Origin: a virus
Reading direction: 5' to 3' (one strand)
Length of the DNA stretch: 64,000 nucleotides
Virus record (IMG/VR): IMGVR_UViG_3300033148_007227
Location: 1-64,000 of that record
In this document: one piece after another, positions 38,190 through 46,520 of the stretch
How the letters are laid out: each line of letters opens with the position of its first letter
Position numbering within the stretch: the first letter of the stretch is position 1
Notes under the pieces: generated by a model
The model's database searches: none
Told to the model about the DNA's origin: nothing
What the model saw: the letters and a program-made list of their open reading frames with translations, nothing else
Made by a program: the position numbers and the translations under genes

Positions 38190-39068
38190 ATGGAAAATTC
38201 AAAAAAGAGTGTTCAAGTTGTAGATTTAATATATCGAAGGTTAGAGCCTACGAGACCAGGCAAAGCCAGAAAATTATTAGGTTCAGGAAAAGCAAAGTTA
38301 TTAGATGAGGGATTGCCTTTAATTCAACTACAGAAAAAAGTATTCAAAAAGGAGGATACGAAAATGGATCGAAGGAGTATTGAAAGTTATTTTAAGGAAA
38401 ATGATGAAGTATACGTTCAAAATATTTCGGGAGGAGTAGTATCAATGAGTTTTTATTCTGGTCAAAGACCTGAACCTTTTACTCTTCCTAATGATAGAAG
38501 ACCTATAAATCTTTCTGATTATATGACTAAGGAGATAATTAAAAGTTCTCCTGATTTTAGAAAGTTGGTTATGCGGAGACCTCCTGCACTCAGGTTGCTT
38601 ACTGTTGAACAATATGAAAATACTATAAGGAAGATTGCAAAAGAAACTTCTAAAGAACCTGATGATATAGTAGAAGAAATTGCTGAAAAGATCAGTAAGC
38701 ATAGGAGTAAAGAACTTGAACCTTTAAAAGAAGAAAAAGATAGTTTGAAAATGGATGTTATGGAAACTCCTATGGATGAGGGTGTAGAAGATAATGATTT
38801 AGAAATTCCTGGAACTGCTGATACAGGGTTAAATCCTAGAGTGTTACAGATAATTTCTCAAACTTCTTCTTTGTCTGAAAATAGGATGAAAGCTTCTGAA
38901 GTGATTGATGAGCTTGGAAAGTTGAATCTGACTGTTGATGAATACAATTATGTAATTGGTGGTTGTGGTTATAAGACAGTTGTGGCTTGGGCGCAGAAAA
39001 GACTTTCAGTATTACAGAAAGAACAAAGTGAGGAAACTACAGAGAAGAATGATAATATTGAGTCGTAA
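38190..39068 (+). CDS. Post-capsid virion protein with N-terminal PLMP/RRXRR-like extension
   Basis: VQVVDLIYRRLEPTRPGKARKLLGSGKAKLLDEGLPLIQL; second in-frame ATG at 38364 with GGAGG RBS. Confidence 0.75.
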   Translation: MENSKKSVQVVDLIYRRLEPTRPGKARKLLGSGKAKLLDEGLPLIQLQKKVFKKEDTKMDRRSIESYFKENDEVYVQNISGGVVSMSFYSGQRPEPFTLPNDRRPINLSDYMTKEIIKSSPDFRKLVMRRPPALRLLTVEQYENTIRKIAKETSKEPDDIVEEIAEKISKHRSKELEPLKEEKDSLKMDVMETPMDEGVEDNDLEIPGTADTGLNPRVLQIISQTSSLSENRMKASEVIDELGKLNLTVDEYNYVIGGCGYKTVVAWAQKRLSVLQKEQSEETTEKNDNIES

Positions 39069-39105
39069 TTATTTTGTAAATCCTTGATATAATAAGGAGT
39101 AGAAT

Positions 39106-39804
39106 ATGAAAAGGAGATCAATTTTAAATAGGAAAGCTGTAAATAAATCTAATGCAGGTAAATCTCAATATAGAAAAAGTAAAAAGATTAAGTTTCAAAG
39201 AGATGGATATGAAATATATAAAGATAAAGTTCAAGTTTACTATAATTCCTCTACAGAAGCTTTTGATCCTTATACAGTGGTTATAGGAGATTCTGTATTT
39301 ACTATGAGTTCTAATGCTGATAGTCCTCAAGGAGTTAATATGTATATAGGAGAGATTGAAGATTATAATATAGAAGACTTTGGAATACCGATTCCTTTAA
39401 GTGAAGCTCCTGAAGGAGTGCAACGAGGTATTAAACAGAGATTAGTTAATATTTCTTTCAAAGATAAGCTTATTGAGGAAGGATTTAAAATTGATGAACA
39501 TGGAATTATAAGAACTCCAGGAAAATTTGAAGGTGAACGTTATCCTGTAGTTTATTTTTATGATCTGATGATGAATGATGAAGCGGAAGAAGAATATGTT
39601 TGGGGAGACAATACAGGTTTTGCTGTTTTTACTGTTACAGAGGATGATATAAGAGAACTTGGACCTGAGTCTGATCTGCAAGTAGGAGAAAAGGTAGGTA
39701 TTGAATGGACAGAAGAAGGTTTTGTATATTATTTAACTGGTGTGACCGATGAAGATATTGCTCAAGCTAAAGGATATATGGGTGAATATTATGAGGAGGA
39801 GTAA
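39106..39804 (+). CDS. Acidic two-module protein with basic leader
   Basis: MKRRSILNRKA...SKKIKFQ, then acidic modules (DPYTVV..., PGKFEGE...). Confidence 0.75.
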   Translation: MKRRSILNRKAVNKSNAGKSQYRKSKKIKFQRDGYEIYKDKVQVYYNSSTEAFDPYTVVIGDSVFTMSSNADSPQGVNMYIGEIEDYNIEDFGIPIPLSEAPEGVQRGIKQRLVNISFKDKLIEEGFKIDEHGIIRTPGKFEGERYPVVYFYDLMMNDEAEEEYVWGDNTGFAVFTVTEDDIRELGPESDLQVGEKVGIEWTEEGFVYYLTGVTDEDIAQAKGYMGEYYEEE

Positions 39805-39813
39805 GAGCTAAAT

Positions 39814-40185
39814 ATGAAAAAGATAAAAAAAGATTCTTTTAGTGATTTTCCTTCTCTTTCTCAAATTGAGCAGATTATTCAAACTGAGTCTAAACCTACT
39901 GATGTGGGAGGGGAAGCTTTTATTCGTAAATATATTGATAGAGGAGTTGATTGGTTTAAAGAACTTCTTTGGAGAATATATAATGTAGGTGATAAAGATT
40001 TACTTAAAGATATAACTGTAGCTTTAAGGATTCCTGAATATAGTCATTTGTCTCCAGCTCTTTCTGTAGTGAGAGCTAAAAAAAGAAGAAAGGCTGTTAA
40101 GGTAGGTGTGAGAGTAACTGTAACAAAAAGGAATATAAGACATGGGAAAGGTTTTACCAAAGAAACTAGGAAACGTTTACGATAG
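39814..40185 (+). CDS. Hypothetical protein with basic leader
   Basis: MKKIKKDS leader; internal KKRRKA. Confidence 0.65.
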   Translation: MKKIKKDSFSDFPSLSQIEQIIQTESKPTDVGGEAFIRKYIDRGVDWFKELLWRIYNVGDKDLLKDITVALRIPEYSHLSPALSVVRAKKRRKAVKVGVRVTVTKRNIRHGKGFTKETRKRLR

Positions 40186-40519
40186 TTTTGAATTTAGTAG
40201 AGATGATAATTTTGTAGGAACTGAATTTAAGCAAAATTTTGTAGCTAGTTTATCTTCAACTGTAAGAGATATAAGAGTAGTTTTTAATGATGATAGTTTA
40301 TCTAATGTTCTTGTTAGAGGTGTCATTAGAAACTTTGCAGATGATAATAAGCAGATAATTTTTGAAAGTTATGGTAATGGTTTTTTTAACAGAAATGATG
40401 ATAAGATAAATTTAGGAGCAGGACAATACTTTGGAATTGAAACTATAGCATTGGATACAGGCACCCCTCCTGGTGGTAAAGTTGTGTTAGTAATGAAATC
40501 CAACAACTGGAGAGATTAA
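40142..40519 (+). CDS. Hypothetical virion protein
   Basis: Beta-rich ORF coupled to the next gene (TAATG). Confidence 0.65.
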   Translation: MGKVLPKKLGNVYDSFEFSRDDNFVGTEFKQNFVASLSSTVRDIRVVFNDDSLSNVLVRGVIRNFADDNKQIIFESYGNGFFNRNDDKINLGAGQYFGIETIALDTGTPPGGKVVLVMKSNNWRD

Positions 40520-41388
40520 TGGGAGCACAGTTCTCAGGTTTTGATTCTGAAAATCTTTATACAAATCCTGAAGGAGTTATTGTTACTCTTAAAGGGATAA
40601 GTAAAAGATTGAAGATATTTTTTGAAGATTCTAATAATGATCCTTATGATCCTAATGATATAAAATTAACTGTTCAGGATGAGAAAGATAATATTATTGT
40701 TCAGGATGATCTTGCTAGCGGTTTAATTGAGAAAGAAAGTGTTGGGGTTTTTTATATTGATGCTGTGAATAGTACTTATGTTCCTAACTATGATCTTGTG
40801 GTTAATGCTCCTAAACATTATACTTTGCAATGGCAATGGCAGGATGTGTCTGCTGGAGAATGGTTTTTGATTCTTTCTTACCTTAGTGTTCTTAGGAACT
40901 CTACATTTGGTTGGTTTCCTAGATTGAAAAATGAGTTGGATAAAGCATTTAAATTAGTAGGAGATGCAAGGATAGGATATACAGATGCAAACCTTATGTA
41001 TTATTTACAGGGAGGGTTAGATGAGATTAACACTTTTCCTCCTGTAACTGGATTTACATTAGATAATTATCCTAAAACTTATGGTCAACTTTTAATTGAT
41101 TCTGCAACTGTGGTGGGGATTACATCACAAGCTATGTTTGCTATTGATACGGATGTGGGCGCTTTTTCAGATCAAGGATTCTCATTTACTTTAGATCACT
41201 TTAGTAAGTTAAATAGTATGATGACATCATTACTTGCTAAAATAAAAGATCAATTAAGAATGTTTAAAATGGAGTTTACAAGTATTGGAGGAGTGCAGGT
41301 ACAGATGGTTCCTTCATTTCCATTTTATACTTTTTTACGAACAGCTCCAGCGGGATCATTGTTTAGAAATTTCTTTGTTTCGGGTTAA
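40519..41388 (+). CDS. Head-tail adaptor/neck protein candidate
   Basis: YTDANLMYYLQGGLDEINTFPP, FSDQGFSFTLD; position after the capsid genes. Confidence 0.6.
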   Translation: MGAQFSGFDSENLYTNPEGVIVTLKGISKRLKIFFEDSNNDPYDPNDIKLTVQDEKDNIIVQDDLASGLIEKESVGVFYIDAVNSTYVPNYDLVVNAPKHYTLQWQWQDVSAGEWFLILSYLSVLRNSTFGWFPRLKNELDKAFKLVGDARIGYTDANLMYYLQGGLDEINTFPPVTGFTLDNYPKTYGQLLIDSATVVGITSQAMFAIDTDVGAFSDQGFSFTLDHFSKLNSMMTSLLAKIKDQLRMFKMEFTSIGGVQVQMVPSFPFYTFLRTAPAGSLFRNFFVSG

Positions 41389-41402
41389 TAAGGAGATATT
41401 AA

Positions 41403-42488
41403 ATGAAAAAGAAATCATTGGAACTTTGGGAACCGGCTTCTAATTATTTAGGGGAAGATTTTAGAGATTATTATATAGGTCCTTCTATTAGTAGAGATAG
41501 TGGTGCTCTTGAAAAATCTAATTTTGAAGTGGCTTTGGAGATGTTAGGGGGAGAAGGTGATGGGGTTAGTGTTGAAAGATTTAGTCATTGGGCGGTAGGA
41601 TGGATTGAGGTTATTTTAGTTCACAAAGATGCCTCAGATAAAATTGCTATATTGGAAGATATTGAAAGACGATTGGAAGATTATCCTATTCTTGATGAAT
41701 ATGATTATTCAGAAAAAGAAAGTGAGGAGATTACTGAGAATTATAATTCATGGGGAAAAGATTATATTATAAACATCATAAATTTGGATGAACTCATGGA
41801 TTTTAATTTTGATTCTTTATCTGATGAAACTAGAGCAACAATTGAAGATTCCTTGTGGAATCTTTATAGAAATAATGCTGAATACACAGGATCAGAAGTA
41901 GATGTTGATGAAAGAGGAGTAGAGGAGGATTGGAAAAGAGAAATTAAAAGATTGTCGGAAAAAGGAATTAACTTTATATATACTTATGATGGGATGATAG
42001 TTGGTGTTTGGGGGGAATCTGATATAGAAGAACTGAAACAATATTATGGGGAAGATGAAATCAAAGCTCTTCCTGAACATGAGCCAGTTCCTAAAGAGCA
42101 GATGAGTTTGCCTTTTGAAAGTAAAAAAGCTCAGGAATTTGAAGTAGTGAATCCTGAAGATGAGGATTTTTGGAAAAATACATATCTGATTTATCTCGGA
42201 CCTTTTGGAAGCAAGTTTGTTGTTTATGCTGATAATGAGGATGATGCTCTTGATTATTTGATTGATTATGCTGACGAGAAAAATTATAAAGGCTTCTTTT
42301 TGGATGATGAGAAAATTAATGAACTTGAAGAAGAGGGATGTTTAGATGAATATATAAGTGGTGGGAATTATGGAAAGTATTTAAGTTTTCCAGAGAATGA
42401 AGTTAGGATTAAAAGAATAAAAAGTTTAAGTTTTATAAATTCTTCTAAATATAAAAAGCTCAAGAGTTTAAGCCTGGAGATAAAGTAG
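41403..42488 (+). CDS. Acidic multi-module protein
   Basis: MKKKS leader; RDSGALEKSNF...FSHWAVGWIE...DYPILDE module; second module after SKKAQ. Confidence 0.8.
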   Translation: MKKKSLELWEPASNYLGEDFRDYYIGPSISRDSGALEKSNFEVALEMLGGEGDGVSVERFSHWAVGWIEVILVHKDASDKIAILEDIERRLEDYPILDEYDYSEKESEEITENYNSWGKDYIINIINLDELMDFNFDSLSDETRATIEDSLWNLYRNNAEYTGSEVDVDERGVEEDWKREIKRLSEKGINFIYTYDGMIVGVWGESDIEELKQYYGEDEIKALPEHEPVPKEQMSLPFESKKAQEFEVVNPEDEDFWKNTYLIYLGPFGSKFVVYADNEDDALDYLIDYADEKNYKGFFLDDEKINELEEEGCLDEYISGGNYGKYLSFPENEVRIKRIKSLSFINSSKYKKLKSLSLEIK

Positions 42489-42589
42489 AAGTTTTGGTTG
42501 ATGATAAACAACCTTATTTATCGTATGAGGGTGAAATAGATAAAGTTTTGAGTGAAATGGGGAGTGAAGTTTTATCACAGATAAAATAG
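42455..42589 (+). other. Out-of-frame (-1) third module KAQEFKPGDKVEV... of the 41403 gene
   Basis: The -1 frame reads KAQEFKPGDKVEVLVDDKQPYLSYEGEIDKVLSEMGSEVLSQIK*, opening at the TAT AAA AAG A-run. Confidence 0.55.
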
Positions 42590-42607
42590 TAATTAAAGGA
42601 GGAAAAA

Positions 42608-42865
42608 ATGTTAAATTTAGTTATTGTGGGGTCAATTTGTTTGGTGATTGGTATTATATCCGGTTATATTATTTCTAATTTGAAGCAGGTTAAGAATTTT
42701 GAATCTCAAATGCAAAAAGAAATAGAAAAGATAAAGTTTCAAGGGAAGAAGGAGATTGATAACTTTGAAGCAGAGATTGAAAATAAAGTAAATTTAGGAA
42801 AAGAAGCTAAGAATATTTTGGTTGAGAATATAAAAAAGATGAAAGAGCAACTAGAGAATCTTTGA
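42608..42865 (+). CDS. Single-TM coiled-coil protein
   Basis: AGGAGG RBS; N-terminal TM helix. Confidence 0.75.
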   Translation: MLNLVIVGSICLVIGIISGYIISNLKQVKNFESQMQKEIEKIKFQGKKEIDNFEAEIENKVNLGKEAKNILVENIKKMKEQLENL

Positions 42866-42868
42866 AAA

Positions 42869-43045
42869 ATGAAAATTATTGATAATGAAAAAAGTAATTA
42901 AATTGATTTTGATACTTATGATGAAGCTATGGACTATGCTAAGTCTTTAACTGAGAATTGATGAGAAACAGTTAAAATTTATGAAGATGGAATAAAAGAA
43001 TCTGTTGGTTGTGTTGATAAAGAAGGTGATGGTAAATTTCATTAA
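42869..43045 (+). pseudogene. Decayed small gene
   Basis: MKIIDNEKSN*IDFDTYDEAMDYAKSLTEN**ETVKIYEDG...KFH*; coding-like frame with three stops. Confidence 0.45.
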
Positions 43046-43071
43046 TTTAGATTTTTGAGAAATTATTTATT

Positions 43072-43815
43072 ATGGGGATAATTGAAATATCAAAAGAATT
43101 AAGAAATTGGATAATCCTGATTGTAGTTTTAGGAGTATTGGGGTTGGTAGGTTGTCTATATGGAAAGAACTATATAGACAATAAAAATAAACAAATAAAT
43201 GATCTTGAGAAAAAACTGAGAGAGAAACCTAAAGTTGAAATCAAGTACCAGGATAGGGTAGTTGAAAAGGAAGTTATCAAATATAAAGATAGATGGCGTG
43301 TAAAGACGGAAGAGAGGATAGTCTATAAAGAACCCTCACTGGAGGTGCAAAAGGCATTTTTGATCTATTGCGAAGCATGTGAGAAGGAAAATATATCTCC
43401 TTTGATAAGTATAGATGCTCTGAGATTCAAATGCACTGCTAATATCTGCAATCAGGAAGAATCAGAATGTGATGTGCAGGAGGGATATACGATTGTTAAA
43501 GAAAAAGAAATTAAAGATAAAATAGCTAAAATTTCTGTGATTGGTGGTTATGAATTTGTAAATAAAGGTATGATGATAGGAGCTAGTTTTATAGATTATA
43601 AAGGAATAACAGTGGGAGCAGATATGGTTTCTGATTTTGAAAATGCTGAAAATTCAGGAATTGGAGGGTTTGTAGGGTATAGACCACAAACTAAGAAATG
43701 GAAATTGAATACAGTTGTTGGAGTAGGAGCTTTAAGTCATTTTGATGATTTTTCTGAGATAGGACTTCAAGGTTTCATAGGTTTTAATATAATTGATCGG
43801 AAGAGTAGAAAATGA
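43072..43815 (+). CDS. Membrane-anchored coiled-coil protein with C-terminal amphipathic beta-strands (spanin-like candidate)
   Basis: N-terminal TM, coiled coil, Cys cluster, Gly/aromatic alternating strands ending GFIGFNI. Confidence 0.6.
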   Translation: MGIIEISKELRNWIILIVVLGVLGLVGCLYGKNYIDNKNKQINDLEKKLREKPKVEIKYQDRVVEKEVIKYKDRWRVKTEERIVYKEPSLEVQKAFLIYCEACEKENISPLISIDALRFKCTANICNQEESECDVQEGYTIVKEKEIKDKIAKISVIGGYEFVNKGMMIGASFIDYKGITVGADMVSDFENAENSGIGGFVGYRPQTKKWKLNTVVGVGALSHFDDFSEIGLQGFIGFNIIDRKSRK

Positions 43816-44135
43816 AAAAAATAAGAATATATGAGAAACTTAAAGGTTGGAAATTAAAATGGTATGTTGCTGGATGGGATGATTTGGATTTGGCAAGAAA
43901 ATGGTATGAGGCAGGATGGGACAATCCTACCTCAGCTATGGGTTTTTATGAAGCTGGTTGGTTAGACCCTATATTAGCTCTTGAATGGAAAAAATCTGGA
44001 TGGAGTGGGATTGATGCTGATTATGCTCTGAAATATTATAATAAAGGTTTTGATCCTTCAGAGGCTCTTCATTTTTTTGAAGATGAAGGTTTAAGACCTG
44101 ATGAAGCTTTGGAGATGATGAAAAATGACGTTTAA
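43812..44135 (+). CDS. W-x-x-A-G-W repeat protein
   Basis: About 14-aa repeats WYVAGW/WYEAGW/FYEAGW/WKKSGW/YYNKGF. Confidence 0.75.
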   Translation: MKKIRIYEKLKGWKLKWYVAGWDDLDLARKWYEAGWDNPTSAMGFYEAGWLDPILALEWKKSGWSGIDADYALKYYNKGFDPSEALHFFEDEGLRPDEALEMMKNDV

Positions 44136-44340
44136 TGAGATTATGGATGTTCTTCAGAGTATGGCTTTTGATGTTCCTGAGTATCGTGATAAAATAAGAG
44201 AAGTTGCTATGTCTATTGAAAGTAAAAGAAATCGTTTGAGAGATTATGTTAATGAATTAGAAGAATTATCTTATTATTATAATGATAAAGAATTAGAAGA
44301 TATTTTTAAGAAACTTGATAATGTTGTGTATGGAGATTAA
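44125..44340 (+). CDS. Hypothetical protein
   Basis: ORF with GGAG RBS, helical. Confidence 0.65.
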   Translation: MTFNEIMDVLQSMAFDVPEYRDKIREVAMSIESKRNRLRDYVNELEELSYYYNDKELEDIFKKLDNVVYGD

Positions 44341-45282
44341 TTGATGGTATATTGGGGAAGGAATCCTAATAAAGTTATAGATCAATGGTGTGAACTTGAT
44401 CGAGTAAGAAAACAAGTAGAAACAGGCAGAGATATTATTCAAATTAGAGCTAATTTGTGGATGGTGATAAATGATGGTGTAACTTGTTCTTGTAAGAAGA
44501 ACGAAGGATTTGATAAACTTTGTTTTACTTGTTATGGAACTGGATTTATAGGTGGATTTAGGAAGATAATAAACTTTTATAATACATTAAGTGCTACTGG
44601 ATCAGTAAGTTATAATCAGAATGGGGTTGTTTCTTCTATTTCCAATCCTCTTTTGGTTAATATAGAGCAAGTTACAGATATTCTTCCTTTTAGATATAGA
44701 CTTGTAGATGGAGAAGGATCAGGAACTATTGAGTGGACTGGGTTAGATTTATCTGATATTTATGATTTTCAGTTTGATAATAGAGCTTTTTTGAGAGATA
44801 CAGATTTAGGAACTGCTGAAGTATCTGTTGACATTAATGTTGATGCTTCGGGTTATGTACCAATTACAACTTTGGTTGGGAATGATTTTGTAGGAGCTCA
44901 TAGTGCTGATGTGAGAATATCTTTGAGTAGAAGTGATTTGAGTATGAGAAGCCCTCTATTTGAAATTTTGAGGATACGGGGAAGGAAAATCAAGAAAGAT
45001 GTAGATTATATAATAATTTCAAAAAGTAGAGGACCAGAAGATGAAGCTTTTGAAAGAACTGGAAAGATTGATATTGAAAGTGGTATATCTGGATTGTGGA
45101 CCATACTTGAATTTGAGATTACCCCAAAAGCTCTAATTGAGATGATTGATTCTCCATTTACTGGTAATAGGTATCAATTATTTAATTTTAGAAGATCATT
45201 TTGGAAAGACAAAACTTTCAGGCAGATTTTTGACGGGCGTATGATATCTCGTGATCGTGAGATTTTCAATGAGGTTTTTTAA
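44341..45282 (+). CDS. Neck/head-closure protein candidate
   Basis: CSC...CFTCYGTGFIGGF motif common in neck proteins of large myoviruses; position. Confidence 0.55.
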   Translation: MMVYWGRNPNKVIDQWCELDRVRKQVETGRDIIQIRANLWMVINDGVTCSCKKNEGFDKLCFTCYGTGFIGGFRKIINFYNTLSATGSVSYNQNGVVSSISNPLLVNIEQVTDILPFRYRLVDGEGSGTIEWTGLDLSDIYDFQFDNRAFLRDTDLGTAEVSVDINVDASGYVPITTLVGNDFVGAHSADVRISLSRSDLSMRSPLFEILRIRGRKIKKDVDYIIISKSRGPEDEAFERTGKIDIESGISGLWTILEFEITPKALIEMIDSPFTGNRYQLFNFRRSFWKDKTFRQIFDGRMISRDREIFNEVF

Positions 45283-46221
45283 TTGTCTGATATAATAACA
45301 GGATTCGAGAGACTGAGTGATTTTGTAAGAAGCACTTTTGTTTCTAGGATATCAGAATTTTTTAGTGCTCAAGATGGATTTTTAAGAGCTGTAGTTTCTG
45401 AAGTTCCAAATATAGAAAAGTATGAGATAACGGAAAATCAGGAAAGATTTTCAAGTTCAGTTCATATTCAGAGATATTTTGCTGATCTTTTTGAAAAATT
45501 ACCTTTGATAGCTATAACAACTACAGGAGCCAGACAAGCTTTCAATCAGGTGGGAATACAGGAATTTATGAATGAATATAATCCAGTTGTAATATCATCT
45601 TTGGATGCTCCTTACACTTTAGCCGATCAGGATGATCTTGTAGTAAAAATTAATGGTGTAGAATATACTATAATTTTTGAAAGTATAATGTTTGATGATA
45701 TTACAGATGTTTCTATTAAAGAGTTTAAGGATGTTGTGGATCAACTATTAATTTTTTTGAGGTCTTATGACGTAGAAGGAAAGTTGGCTCTTAGAGATGT
45801 TTATTCAAGACCACTTGAGATAGTGGGTGGTTCAGCAGTGACAAAGTTAGGTTTTACAAGTGGTCAAACTCCTGCTAATACTTTTATAAAATATTCTTTA
45901 ATTTCTGAATCTATGGAAGCAGTTGTGGATATTGTAACTTCTGATAGAAATCAAAGAGTGGAAATTATGGATTTACTTTCTTCACTTTTTGGATTCTATG
46001 TTTTTGATAGATATCTTGGGCAATGGTTGGAGGAGGAAGGTTTTATATTCTTTACAACTAATTATAGTAGGAGAGGAGAATCTGAAACTTTTTTGGATAA
46101 TGCTCCTGTGGAAAAATTGTATTTTGATACTTTATCTATTCCGGTTAGAGCGTTTGTTCAAATTGATAGAGAGGAAAATTTTGAAGAATTGAATATATCG
46201 AAAGAAGGAATTATTCTGTGA
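45283..46221 (+). CDS. Tail completion/terminator protein candidate
   Basis: LPLIAIT...VDIVTSDRNQRVEIMDLL pattern; immediately upstream of sheath. Confidence 0.55.
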   Translation: MSDIITGFERLSDFVRSTFVSRISEFFSAQDGFLRAVVSEVPNIEKYEITENQERFSSSVHIQRYFADLFEKLPLIAITTTGARQAFNQVGIQEFMNEYNPVVISSLDAPYTLADQDDLVVKINGVEYTIIFESIMFDDITDVSIKEFKDVVDQLLIFLRSYDVEGKLALRDVYSRPLEIVGGSAVTKLGFTSGQTPANTFIKYSLISESMEAVVDIVTSDRNQRVEIMDLLSSLFGFYVFDRYLGQWLEEEGFIFFTTNYSRRGESETFLDNAPVEKLYFDTLSIPVRAFVQIDREENFEELNISKEGIIL

Positions 46222-46223
46222 TT

Positions 46224-46255
46224 TTTAAAATTTTTTCAGTAAATTAGGTTATCAT
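46224..46255 (+). promoter_or_regulatory. Putative late promoter upstream of the tail operon
   Basis: TTTAAA-attttttcagtaaattaggt-TATCAT (20-nt spacer). Confidence 0.55.
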
Positions 46256-46361
46256 AGAGAGTGTAAAAAGGAACTTTCTGAAACTTGATATTTATATTCA
46301 AATAGCTTCAAAGATGATTGGGATATTAAGCTAAGTTTCAGTAGTTAAGGAGATTGCTTAA

Positions 46362-46493
46362 ATGTAAAAAATTTTTGTGGTTGATAGGAAAGGAAAGTCA
46401 TTTCTTTCGACTTGTTCTACAAGAGCAAGATTATTATTGAAGAAAAATAAAGCTAAAATTATATATGGTTTTCCATTCGTAATTCAGTTGTAA
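46362..46493 (+). pseudogene. PLMP/RRXRR-like relic (IscB/IsrB N-terminal domain)
   Basis: AAGGAG RBS, then M*KIFVVDRKGKSFLSTCSTRARLLLKKNKAKIIYGFPFVIQL*; in frame with the sheath ATG. Confidence 0.7.
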
Positions 46494-46520
46494 ATTGAAT
46501 AAAAAGGGAGGTCATGTAAG

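Noticed and set aside
9976-46255. Archaeal virus interpretation (TTTAAA as a TATA box)
   Set aside because: Not supportable: the motif is paired with a bacterial-type TATNAT -10 element and no archaeal-specific genes were recognised; the host remains undetermined
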